Shown here piece by piece: positions 30,428 to 40,483 of a stretch of DNA of 64,000 nt. The DNA comes from an uncultured bacterium. Its GTDB lineage: Bacteria; Chloroflexota; UBA5177; JANWHV01. Every line of letters starts with the position of its first letter. Within the stretch, counting starts at the first letter, position 1. The translations under genes were made by a program, and so were the position numbers. Location of the stretch: assembly GCA_963729625.1 (NCBI GenBank), contig CAVSOU010000008.1, positions 416,001-480,000 on the forward strand. The letters are read 5' to 3'. The notes below the pieces were generated by a model. That model was given only the letters and a program-made list of their open reading frames with translations, was not told the origin of the DNA and did not search any database.

Positions 30428-32463
30428 TCGGCAGCCGTGTTTGGCTCGGCCCAACGTCCGTGGGCGCGGATCAGGTCGATCAGCCGCTGATCGGCTTCCG
30501 ACTCGGGCACGCTCCGCTCCACGCACTCCTTGCCGACGTACAGGTTGACGTGGCCGGGGCTGCCGCCCATGTAGCCAAAGTCGGCGTCAGCCATCTCGCC
30601 CGGTCCGTTGACCACACAGCCCATCACGGCGATCTTCACGCCCTGCAGGTGCGACGTGCGCGTCTTGATGCGATCGGTGGTAGTCTGCAGGTCAAACAGG
30701 GTCCGTCCACACGAGGGGCAGGCGACGTAATCGGTCCGTGTCAGGCGTGCCCCCGCACCCTGCAGCAGATCGAATGCCAGCGGGACCGACGCCGCCTGCA
30801 CGACATCGCCGATCCCGTCGCACAGCAGCGAGCCGAGTGCCGCCGCGCCCGCGAGCATCGCGTCCCCGTCCGAGGGCGCCTGCAGCGCGATTGGGCAGCA
30901 CAGGCCCGTTGCGGCAAGCCATGCCGCCAGCAGGCGCGTGCCGCGCACGACTGCTACCGCCTCCGCCGCGCGCACGCCGGCGATCACGTTGGGTTGCCCG
31001 GCGGTCACACAGGCTCTGGCCAGCGCGGCCGTGGCGGCGATTGGCTCGCCGAGCGTGCCCTGCACATCAGCCTGCAGCCAGAGCGCCACGCCCCGCGCGG
31101 CGCTCTGGCGTGCCAGGTTCTCTACCGCCGCGCGGTCGACGCGCTCGTCACATACCAGCCGCACGGCCTGCACCAGACCCAGGGCCTCCAGAAGCAGATC
31201 GATCCGCCTGGAGGCAGCAATCAGCGCGCGCGGAGCCGGCCCCTCGCCCTTCCAGGAAAGCTCCTCCAGCCGCGCCAGGTCCCCGTTATCCGCCAGGTCC
31301 CAGATCAGCAGCTCGGGCCGCTGTGCCTTCAGGCCACGCGTGCTCGCATCGGGCAGCGCAGGCGCGTTCTGGACGGGCACCAGTCCGGCAACGGCAACCG
31401 GTGCGTCGCCGCCGGCGGTCGCGGCGCCGAGATGGATGGGCAGCGAGCTACGCCGCTGGTAGTGAAAGGGATCGTAGGGCAGCCCGGGATCCGCATCGGC
31501 CTCCCTCCACGGCGAGCCGTCAACGCCGCCTACCGCGGCAAACGGCTGGGCGCAGAGCGTGACGATCTGCCGTGCCACCGGGATCTCTGCCTCCGGCTCC
31601 TCGGCCAGCGAGACACGAATGGTATCGCCCAATCCGTCAAGCAGCAGGCTGCCAATGCCGGTAGCGGACTTGATGCGCGCATCATCGCCGTTTCCAGCCT
31701 CCGTCACACCCAGATGGAGCGGATAGTCCATGCCCTCGGCGTCCATACGCGCTACCAGGAGGCGATAGGCGGCGACCATCACTTTTGGGTTCGACGCCTT
31801 CATGGACAGAATGATCTGGTGGAAATCCAGTCGCTCGCAGATACGCACGAACTCCAGGGCCGACTCGACCATGCCCTCGGGTGTATCGCCGAAGCGATTC
31901 ATCACGCGATCGCTCAGCGATCCGTGATTGGTGCCGATGCGCAGCGCCACGCCGCGCTCCTTGCAGGCCAGGACGACCGGAGTAAAGCGTGCCGCCACGC
32001 GTTCCAGCTCCTCGGCGTACTGCGCGTCGCTATACTCGCGGACCGCGAAGTGGCGTGAGTCGGCGAAGTTGCCTGGATTCACACGCACTTTGTCCGCGTG
32101 CTCGGCCGCGGCCAGGGCGACAGCCGGCGCAAAGTGGATGTCGGCCACCAGCGGGGTGGTGATGCCGCGCGCGCGCAGCCGAGCCCGTACCTCGCCGATA
32201 GCCCGGGCATCGGCTACCGTGGGGGCGGTAATCCGCACGATTTCACAGCCCGCTTCCACGAGACGCAGTGCCTGGGCGGTAGTAGCCTCCACGTCCTGCG
32301 TGCGCGTGGTCGTCATGGACTGCACGCGGACGGGATTGCTGCCGCCCACGCCCACGTTGCCGACCATCACCTCGCGGGTAAGACGGCGGAATGGGCGGAA
32401 AGGATCGCGCAGGTAGGCGAGCTTTGGGGCAAGGAGGGTGGTTCCGGTGGAAGGGGAAGACAT
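30424..32463 (-). CDS. ispG: HMBPP synthase, long three-domain form
   Basis: VRVQSM, ADIHF, RVNPGN, RIGTNHGSL, HLGVTEAG, CPSCGR, GCVVNGPGE; large central insertion. Confidence 0.95.
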   Translation of the reverse strand: MSSPSTGTTLLAPKLAYLRDPFRPFRRLTREVMVGNVGVGGSNPVRVQSMTTTRTQDVEATTAQALRLVEAGCEIVRITAPTVADARAIGEVRARLRARGITTPLVADIHFAPAVALAAAEHADKVRVNPGNFADSRHFAVREYSDAQYAEELERVAARFTPVVLACKERGVALRIGTNHGSLSDRVMNRFGDTPEGMVESALEFVRICERLDFHQIILSMKASNPKVMVAAYRLLVARMDAEGMDYPLHLGVTEAGNGDDARIKSATGIGSLLLDGLGDTIRVSLAEEPEAEIPVARQIVTLCAQPFAAVGGVDGSPWREADADPGLPYDPFHYQRRSSLPIHLGAATAGGDAPVAVAGLVPVQNAPALPDASTRGLKAQRPELLIWDLADNGDLARLEELSWKGEGPAPRALIAASRRIDLLLEALGLVQAVRLVCDERVDRAAVENLARQSAARGVALWLQADVQGTLGEPIAATAALARACVTAGQPNVIAGVRAAEAVAVVRGTRLLAAWLAATGLCCPIALQAPSDGDAMLAGAAALGSLLCDGIGDVVQAASVPLAFDLLQGAGARLTRTDYVACPSCGRTLFDLQTTTDRIKTRTSHLQGVKIAVMGCVVNGPGEMADADFGYMGGSPGHVNLYVGKECVERSVPESEADQRLIDLIRAHGRWAEPNTAAE

Positions 32464-32507
32464 GGCACGGCGCTCCTTTCTTGAGTGTAGCACGTGCATC
32501 GCGACGC

Positions 32508-33494
32508 TCAGACCGGCGCACCGAGCAACGCGGCCCCCACGATACCGGCGTTATCGCCCAGCTTGGCACGCACGATCTTGACCTTGTCCCGGGTGACCAC
32601 CATCGAGTCGTCGCGTGCTTTCTGGGCAGCCACCTTGAAATAGAGGTCGACGGCGCTGACCAACCCGCCGCCAAGGATAATACGCTGCGGATTGTAGAAG
32701 TTGACGATCGCGGTAAGACCGGCGGCGAGGTAGCGCGCGCCATCGGTAATCGCTTCGACCGCCAACTCGTCACCATCCGCGATAGCCTGCGCAATCGTCT
32801 GCGACCGGATCAATGCGCTCAACGGGATATCCGGTGGGAGAGGATCGGGCACGCTTGCGCGCAACGAGGTCGGGCGGCCGCGCAGAATCTCCTCCACGAT
32901 CACGCGCGTGATGGCCGCGCGCGAGGCGTAGGCCTCCAGATGGCCACGGCCGCCACAGCTGCACAGGCGTCCGCCATAGGCGACGACCGCGTGGCCTATC
33001 TCGCCGGCCGACGAGGAGGCGCCGGTGAGATAGCGGCCTTCATGGATGATGCCGCCGCCGATACCGGTACCGACGAACACACAGACGAACGTGTTGACCC
33101 CCTTGCCGGCGCCGAAGCGTTGCTCGCCCAGGGTCGCGACCTCCAGATCGTTGCCGAGGGTCATGCGCAGCCTCAGCTCCTTGCCCACCCGCTCCGCCAG
33201 CGGCACGTTGGCGACGCCGGCCAGGTTCGGGCTGCCGATCAGCATGCCGCGATCGCGATCGATCACACCGGTGATACCGAGGCCGCCTGCCTCCACGCTG
33301 AGAGCCTTCTTGCCGCTCTGCGCCTGGGCAAGGGCTTCTTGCCCGGCATCGACGATGCGCTTGATCAGGTCCTCGGTGCCCGCGCCCGCCCTCGTTCTCT
33401 TCTTCGTCGTGGCGACCGGAACGCCCGTGCTGAGGTCGACTACCCCCGCCAGGATCTTCGTGCCGCCGACGTCAATGCCCAGTGCATACGGCAA
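32508..33494 (-). CDS. ROK-family kinase
   Basis: GIDVGGTK, GTGIGGG, GEIGH, CSCGGRGHLE. Confidence 0.93.
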   Translation of the reverse strand: MPYALGIDVGGTKILAGVVDLSTGVPVATTKKRTRAGAGTEDLIKRIVDAGQEALAQAQSGKKALSVEAGGLGITGVIDRDRGMLIGSPNLAGVANVPLAERVGKELRLRMTLGNDLEVATLGEQRFGAGKGVNTFVCVFVGTGIGGGIIHEGRYLTGASSSAGEIGHAVVAYGGRLCSCGGRGHLEAYASRAAITRVIVEEILRGRPTSLRASVPDPLPPDIPLSALIRSQTIAQAIADGDELAVEAITDGARYLAAGLTAIVNFYNPQRIILGGGLVSAVDLYFKVAAQKARDDSMVVTRDKVKIVRAKLGDNAGIVGAALLGAPV

Positions 33495-33633
33495 GTTGCT
33501 CTTCCTTCCCGACCAATCTCACGACCCGGCGGAGAGTACGTCCGCGTGGCCTCACACACCATGATCGCACACTGGAGGCTGCGCGGATACCTCCGCCCGC
33601 AGCCGGAGGTCAATCGTGGTAGGAAATAGGGGG

Positions 33634-33707
33634 TAGCGCATAGGGGATTCGAACCCCTGATCTCTGCCTTGAGAGGGCAGCGTCCTAGGCCGCTAGACGA
33701 ATGCGCC
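33634..33707 (-). tRNA. tRNA-Glu (anticodon CTC); CCA not encoded
   Basis: Reverse strand GGCGCATTCGTCTAGCGGCCTAGGACGCTGCC-CTCTCAA-GGCAGAGATCAGGGGTTCGAATCCCCTATGCGCTA folds into a cloverleaf. Confidence 0.95.
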
Positions 33708-33759
33708 ATGAGGAGCGGCGATACCTCGGTAGTATAGCAGAATGCCTCCGCTCGCAGGC

Positions 33760-33808
33760 AAAAGGCCGGGGCCTCGACCGGGAGCAATCCCGGTCGAGGC
33801 CCCTTTTT
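33760..33808. terminator. Strong, probably bidirectional intrinsic terminator downstream of the surface-protein gene
   Basis: 16-bp perfect stem GGGGCCTCGACCGGGA-GCAA-TCCCGGTCGAGGCCCC flanked by AAAA and TTTTT. Confidence 0.85.
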
Positions 33809-33854
33809 GGAGAGAGGCGGCGAACCGCCCCTCCCCTAGGCCACTCCTATACGA

Positions 33855-36800
33855 TTACAGGCCGAGTGCGGCCGCAAGCGGATAGGTGCCCTGATCGCCA
33901 GTGACGACCGCGTAGCCGTTCTGGCTGGACATGGACAGAGCGACGAAGGCTTCGCTCGACCCGCTGGCGCTCGGGACAACCTGGAACACGCCACCAAGAG
34001 CGCCCTTCAACGTAGCAGCGTCAGTATTCACGTTGATCGTGGTGATACTGTTCGCTGCGACGCTGTAGGTCTTGACGACGGTCTGGCTGGCCGAAGCGTA
34101 GATACCGCGAACCGTGATCGTGGTGGTGCCAGGATTGTACAGATACACGGTCTGGGTCACGGCAGCGGTTCCGTTGGTGAGATCCAGATACGGGAAGGCA
34201 ACTTCGGTGAGGCCGGCCGGAGCACCGGTCGGATTCTCAGCGGCGAAGGTGCCACCGTTGGCCGGATTGCCACCATAGTAGGTCGGGCGCTCGACGAAGA
34301 TCGGCCGATCGGAGGTCACGACGGTGGAGAACACACCAGATTGCGTCTGCACGACGTCGTTGATCGCCACGGTCTCGCGAGTGCTGGGATCAACCTGCAC
34401 CTGCTGCGAGTTGATCGGATTGCCGCTGGCGTCGAGGAAGAAGACGGTAACCGTCGCGCTTCCAGACGTCGAGGCGGGAGCCGGGTTGATCACGTCAACC
34501 TCGGAGACATCCGCGCCGGTGCCGGCAGTGCCGCCACTGCTCGGCCAGGTGCCCGTGTCGGCGGCGAAGATGTACTGCAGTCCGGTCGAGGACGCGGCAG
34601 GCTTGGTGGTAGCGCCGTACTTGGCGGAACCAATGCCATCACCGTAGTACTCGACACGCTCGCCGGCGACCGGCACATTGCTGGCCCAGGCGATACCGAA
34701 CTGCGTGAAGCCCTTACCTTGCAACAGACTGCGAACCGGCACGGTCAAGCGAGAATTGGCCGGGACGCTGAGGGTGATCGGAGCAATCGTCGGCGCGGTG
34801 GTCGAGCTGACCACGGTTTGCGGCAAGACGGTCGCCGTGATCGCAGCGGCAGTGCTGTTGGGGTTGAGGAACGTCAGATACTCTTCGTTGGTCGGCATGA
34901 CGTCGCCCGACGCGTAGTAGTAGCTGAACGGACCAACGGCGCTGAGGTTGAGAAGCTGGCCGAGGCTGCTGGAGCTATCCAGGGCAGCGCCGGCGGCAGT
35001 GGTGCGGGCAATGATGCGGGTGGCGGCGATGGGAGCAGGAGCGCTCACTTCGGCGGCCACGGCAGCGTTATTGCCTACATCCGTGTTGACGTTCCGCTCT
35101 ACCACCGAGTCAGGACCGATGGCGCCAGCGACGTTCGAAACCGTGCTGGACGCACCGGCATGCTCGACGAAGTAGGTGACGGTGTACGTGGTGGTGTAGT
35201 TGTTGGCGTTGAGGATCGAGATCGTCTCCGCGAAGTTCGCGGCAGCGCCACCGGCGGTCTGGCCGGTGAAGCCTTCGGCGAAGTAGACGTTCGAGACGCC
35301 AACGGAAACCGCACTAGCCGCGACGGTGAACGGCACGCTGCCGATCAGGTTCGTCGCGGTGCCCTTGCCAACCAGGTTGTACTGGCCGCCAGGAGAAAGC
35401 GCGCCCACCGCGGACTTGATGGTGAAGGTGCCGGAGATGGCGCCCGTCGCATCGGCGGTGAGTGTCTGCAGCGTCCCGGGCACATCCGTGCCGGCGAGGC
35501 CGCTGCCGGTGTACTGCAAGGTCACGTTGACGACCTCGCCCGGGCCGAAGCCGGCGCCATTGACCAACGTGGTGCCGGACAGCGCCGCAGTGGCCGGTGT
35601 GGCACTGAATGTGACAGGCTTGGCTGCCACGACGACGACATTCGCCACACGCTGCTGCTGGGCGGTGCCGTTACCGAGCGATGTACGAGGTCACGGCAAC
35701 AGTGTAGGTGCCGGGGGTGGTGCCGGCCGGAACCGTGAAGGTGCCGGTCAGGTTACCCGAGGCGTCGACAGCCACTGGAATCGGGCCTATCGGGGTCGGC
35801 GCGAAGCCGACGGACAGGCTGTTGGTGGCAATCGTGCCGACCGGAGGCTGGGCGAACAGTACGCCGGTCAGGGTGACGATCTGGCCAGGGATGACCGGAT
35901 TGCCGCCGTTCACAGCGCCGTTCACCAGGTTCAGGACACCATTGGTATTGGTGGTGGCGAGAACCGGCGCGGCCGTCCACTTGCTGGTCGATCCGGCGGC
36001 CAGCACATAGTAGTAACCCGTGCTCAGACCGGCGGCATTCGGCGCAAGCGCGGCAGGTCCGGAGACCTGGCCCAGGCTATCCGCGTAGAGCGTGCCGGCA
36101 GGCTGCGCGTTGACGGAGCTGAAGTTCTGCGTTGGAATGTAGGTGAAGTTCACCGCTTCGCCGGCCCAGAAGCCCGTGCCCGTGAGGGCCAGGCTGGCGC
36201 CGCCGTTGCTCACGACGGCGGTGATCGCCGGCGTGGAGATGGTGAACGTACCCGTCGCGGTGCCGCTGCCGGTAGAGCTGACGGCTCCCGTCACCACGAC
36301 GGTCAGCACGTCGCCCTGGGCCGGTGTGCAGCCTAAAGCGCCCGCGTTGACCGTGGGTACCACGAAGCTACCCTGGGCCACGCCGGTCGTGGAGACAAGC
36401 ACCGGCGTCCCGTTCCCTACCGCGAAGGGCTGTGCCGAAGTTGAGCAGTCGGTACCGCCGGCATTGTAGATGCCGACCGTCACGTACTCAGGCGCGATGG
36501 CCGTGCTTGCCAGGAAGCCGGTCGCCGTGTAGCTCACGGTCTGGCCGGGTACGGCCTGGTTCAGAATGGCGCTGCCGCCTGCCAGGGAGGTCGAGAGGAC
36601 CACGCCGGTGGCGGTAGCGGTTGGGCTCAGCGTCACGCTGGCGAAGGCGCCCGAATTCTCGCGGTCGCCGGCAGCCGGCGTAATCTGCATCCAGTCCTCG
36701 GCGAGGATGTGCACCGGGCCGAACGTGACCGAGTTGGTGCCGTTCGGCATGGTGAGGGAAACGCTGCTCACGCTGCCGTTCTGATCGGTCTTGACGGTGC

Positions 36801-38151
36801 CGAGCGAGAGATTACACGGCGGCACTGTTACCTGCGTATAGCCGTTGTTTTGTGCCTGACCGGTGTACTCACTTACGACTTGCCCACCGGGCTCGGCAGG
36901 TATTAAGAATGTATTTGCCCCAGTGGCATTGGTTGTACCGGGAACCGCCTGGCAGGCGCCGGTGCCGATCTCGTCGACGACCCAGAAGTCGACGAAGGTG
37001 TTGGCGGCAAAGCCGGAGCCGTTCACCACGACCGTGCCACCGGCGTTGGTGACGCCGCTGACCACGCTGATGTTGCTCAGCGAATGGTCGATCTTGATGC
37101 CGGCCCAGGCGACGATCAGGCCGGTCGATGCCGCCGTGAGTACAGGCGGCTGGACGCCGACCGTAGGACCCGCATCTACGGCCACCAACGTGTAGATCTG
37201 GTCGAAGAAGAGGTCCGAGGTCAGCGGCGTAACGACGCCGCCGACAACCTGGGACATCTGCAAGCGGGCGTCGAGGAATCCGCCCGCAGGGGGCTCATCA
37301 CAGCCTACTGCCGCAGGAATAGGAAGTGCAGGAGTTGGAGCAATCCCACCTAGATCCTGTTGGCAGTTGCTGCCGTTGCCCGCAGCGGGGGGGACGGCCA
37401 TGAGCGGGATGAAGTTCTTGCCGCCCGCGAGGCCGTTGATCTGATTTGCGCCGGCGATCGGGGTTGGGACAGTCAATTCCTGCGCGAAGTTCATCAGGCC
37501 GAAGACGATCTCATGGCCGTATTGAGCCGCGGCAGGCTGGAACGAGACATTGAACTGACCACCCAGAGCGACGGAACCGGTGCCGTAGACGCTCAGCGTG
37601 GGCGAGGCAACGACAGTAAACGACTGGCTTGCCGCGACTCCACTGTACGAGTCATACGCCTGCACCAGGTAGGTGCCGGGGGCGATGGCGCTGGGCAAGG
37701 CGAACGTAACGGCCGGCGAGAGCTGGCCGCCGGTGGAGATCCCGGTCGGTAGGATAGTCTGTACCCACGCGTTGGTCACAGTGGGCGCAGTCGCAGTAGT
37801 GATCGGGCCCTCAGTATTGTCGCCATAGATGAAGGCCCCTCCAGTAGTGGGGTATACCGCCACGTGCTGGCTGGTACCCGCGACATTCGCGGGATTGGGC
37901 GCGTTCAGGGTGACGACGACGGTGTTGGCAGCTTGGGGCGGGAAGAGGTATGTGAAGCCGGCGCCGTTGACGGTGATCGTCGCGCCCTGCGGCACGGCCG
38001 CCAGCGTACCCGACGAGGTACTCAGGCTGATGTACGGCGCCGCCGTGGCCTTGGCCGCGGGTGTGGTCCCCATCAACCCTGTGAGCTGTGCGGCAAACAG
38101 GGTGGGCACGAGGGCCAGCGCCAGAAGACTCTTGTGTGGGGTCTTCGACAT
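33855..38151 (-). CDS. Large secreted A/G/T/V-rich surface (S-layer-like) protein, about 1430 aa, split by a frameshift near 35680
   Basis: ATG 38151 after GGAG; signal peptide; repeated IPT-like G.GF..GE.V motifs; C-terminal YFAEGFTG...ILNAN repeats (DUF5719-like). Confidence 0.75.
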
Positions 38152-38805
38152 GCTTATCTCCAGTAAGAATAGGGTGGTCTTTGGCCGGCCACTCATTGTC
38201 TTGCGACCTGCGCGATGCTGCCATCGGATGAGTGCCCGGGTTCTGGCGCATCCGCCGAGGCTGATGCCGGCTGCCGTACCGCCTGGTTGGAAGGACACTG
38301 GACTACAGGCTCCGCACGGCCCCCCGCACTCCTCGGCGCACCAGGGGGATCATGGACGAACGTAGCTCACTCGGTGTGTAACCCCGGGAAACGAACCGCT
38401 CAGAGCATTGACTCGTACCGAGCCTGCGCGGCCCTTTGATCCGAAGCTACCTTCATCACCCCCTTTCCCACGTAAGGTATTCTCTCACGATTGTGGGCGC
38501 GCCGTGCGCCCGGACTGCCGAATCCCTTCCCTTGCCCTTCCCGGTCCCAGAGAGTGCCTCCCGGACCGAAACACGGCTCTATCGAAAGCCCATCGACAGT
38601 CTAACACCTCGCATGGCACTGTGGTCGTCGATTGTGGCGACCACCCCTTCCAATTGTGTAATGCGCTGAGCACAAAAAGGATACGCATCGGGGTGGATTT
38701 CCTCAGGCCGGCTACAGTGATCCTTATATACAGTGCACCGCCGGCGAACGGGACGATATGTTGTGTGTGGATACCCGACACACAGATGGCGATCGTGATG
38801 CCGTA

Positions 38806-39234
38806 GTCTCATGGTCGTGCGCGAGCTTGAGCCCGCTGTCGCCGTGGAGGCAGGGTGCATCCGCGAGCCATGCCTCGCGATCGTGAAACCCCGGCGTTCA
38901 CGCCGGGGAGCCTCAGTGGTCACCTAACGGCGGCCTTCAGGCCGCCCTCGGCGGAGGCGAGCACATCGCCGCGTGCCGGATGGCGCCGACGCGCTGCGGA
39001 GCTGGGCTGAGACCACGGGCGAATGGTCGAGGACGGCGGGCTGAACCCCGCTGCTTGGCCATGGCGTGAGGCTCCACGGCCTTCAGGCGGTGGTCTCATG
39101 GTCGTGTGCGGGCTTGAGCCCGCTGTCCCCGTGGAGGCGGGGTGCATCCGCGACCCATGCCTCGTGATCGTGAAACCCCGGCGTTCACGCCGGGGAGCCT
39201 CACTGATCGCCTAACGGCGACCTTCAGGCCGCCC
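38806..39234. repeat. Two ~142-bp direct repeats (period 287 bp) built from REP-like hairpins
   Basis: 38806-38947 and 39093-39234 nearly identical. Confidence 0.92.
38884..39098. mobile_element. Non-autonomous REPIN/MITE-like element (two inverted ~64-bp double-hairpin units)
   Basis: Unit at 38884-38946 (+) and related unit at 39035-39098 (-) enclosing about 90 bp of non-coding spacer. Confidence 0.6.
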
Positions 39235-39941
39235 CCAACCCAAAGACCGGGTGCATCCGCGGCCCACACTGCGCGATTGTCGGGAGCGATCGTGGTAGAC
39301 TACGCACCAGCGTTTCGGGCACCGATCGCTAGTGAGGGGATCTCCGTGTGACCGATCACGCCGAGCCCGACCACCGTCGCTATCTGGAGCGCTGCATGGG
39401 TGCCCATGCGGCGTACGTGTTGCACTATCACCTGGTCTGGGGCGTCAAGGCGCGGCATCGTCTGCTCGAAGGCCCGGTTGCTGCCGCCCTCTGCGAGTCC
39501 ATGGCGGCCACGGCACAGGCCATCGGCGTGACGCTTCTGGCCCTGCATGTGGAACCCGAGCACGTCCATCTCCTCGTGAGCCTGCGGCCGGACATGGCAG
39601 TGGCGACCGTGGTTGGCCGGCTGAAGGGCGCAAGCAGCCGGCATTTGCGGGAGGCATACCCATCCCTTCGAGATGTTGATGCTACGTCCTGTTGGTCTGA
39701 TGGCTACTTCGCGCGCACGGTAGGCGATATCACCACGGCACAGGCCAAGGCTTACCTGGATCGACAGCGTGAGCACCATGTGTCAGACCGGTGAGGTTCA
39801 AGACAGGTTCACATGGCGGATGGCGTACAGGCAGCGGAGTCCGGTGCCACGGAGGTTGCGGGTGTGCGAGCGTGGTGGGCGGGCTGAACCCCGCCGCTAG
39901 CCTACCAGGTGAGGCTCCACGGCCTGAAGGCCGTGGTCTCA
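39171..39941 (+). mobile_element. Y1 transposase cassette with inverted REP-like ends (REPtron-like)
   Basis: Units 39171-39233 (+) and 39878-39941 (-) flank tnpA. Confidence 0.7.
39348..39794 (+). CDS. tnpA: IS200/IS605-family HUH Y1 transposase (TnpA / RAYT-like)
   Basis: YHLVWGVK, HUH motif EHVHLL, KGASS, WSDGYF, catalytic YLDRQ(REHH). Confidence 0.92.
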   Translation: MTDHAEPDHRRYLERCMGAHAAYVLHYHLVWGVKARHRLLEGPVAAALCESMAATAQAIGVTLLALHVEPEHVHLLVSLRPDMAVATVVGRLKGASSRHLREAYPSLRDVDATSCWSDGYFARTVGDITTAQAKAYLDRQREHHVSDR

Positions 39942-40001
39942 GGATCGCTCCGGCTAGCCATGTGGAGTCTCAGGATGGCCCCGGCTAGCCATGCGGTGAC
40001 T

Positions 40002-40255
40002 CCCAAGCCGCGCACGACCCATCTGCGTCATCTGCGCCCATCTGTGGCATCTGCGTTTCCGCACTGCCGCTGAGCGTCGCGCCGAGAACTCGCCCCCGCC
40101 CATGCCATGCATGACCCATCTGCGTCATCTGCGCCTATCTGTGGCATCTGCGTTTCCGCACTGCCGCTGGGCGTCGCGCCGAGAACCCGCCCCCGCCCAA
40201 GCCGCGCACGACCCATCTGGGCCATCTGTGCCTATCTGTGGCATCTGCGTTTCCG
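40002..40255 (+). repeat. 97-bp tandem repeat (about 2.6 copies), each with four ATCTG submotifs
   Basis: Units start at 40002, 40099 and 40196; core CCCATCTGCGTCATCTGCGCCYATCTGTGGCATCTGCGTTTCC. Confidence 0.93.
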
Positions 40256-40297
40256 GGACGGCTATCATAGTACGGAAGCTATTCTTCAGGAGAAGCT

Positions 40298-40483
40298 ATG
40301 CGTGGGGACGATGCCAGCCGGAGGGGTGATTTAGCAGACGATCGAGATCCGCGCACGGCAACGATCCTCGCCGCAGCATTTGAGGTGCACAACACGCTGG
40401 GACCGGGTTTCGAGGAGACCCTTCCCCGCCTCGAGTATCGGCGTTTGCTCAACGCGAGCCGAGAACCGATCGCCGAGTCATGA
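40298..40483 (+). pseudogene. Internally deleted GxxExxY protein gene
   Basis: RDPRTATILAAAFEVHNTLGPGFEE (family N-terminus) joined directly to PRLEYRRL (family C-terminus); RBS AGGAG. Confidence 0.7.

Noticed and set aside
33500-33707. tRNA-Glu as an island integration site
   Set aside because: No integrase and no duplicated tRNA 3' end seen in the window
38152-38760. Riboswitch (e.g. c-di-AMP) in the surface-protein leader
   Set aside because: Could not find the conserved motifs by eye; needs an Rfam scan
39794-40000. tnpB/IscB or omega-RNA partner of tnpA
   Set aside because: No RuvC/Zn-finger ORF next to tnpA
40002-40255. CRISPR array
   Set aside because: Inter-core segments are near-identical rather than unique spacers, and no cas genes are present
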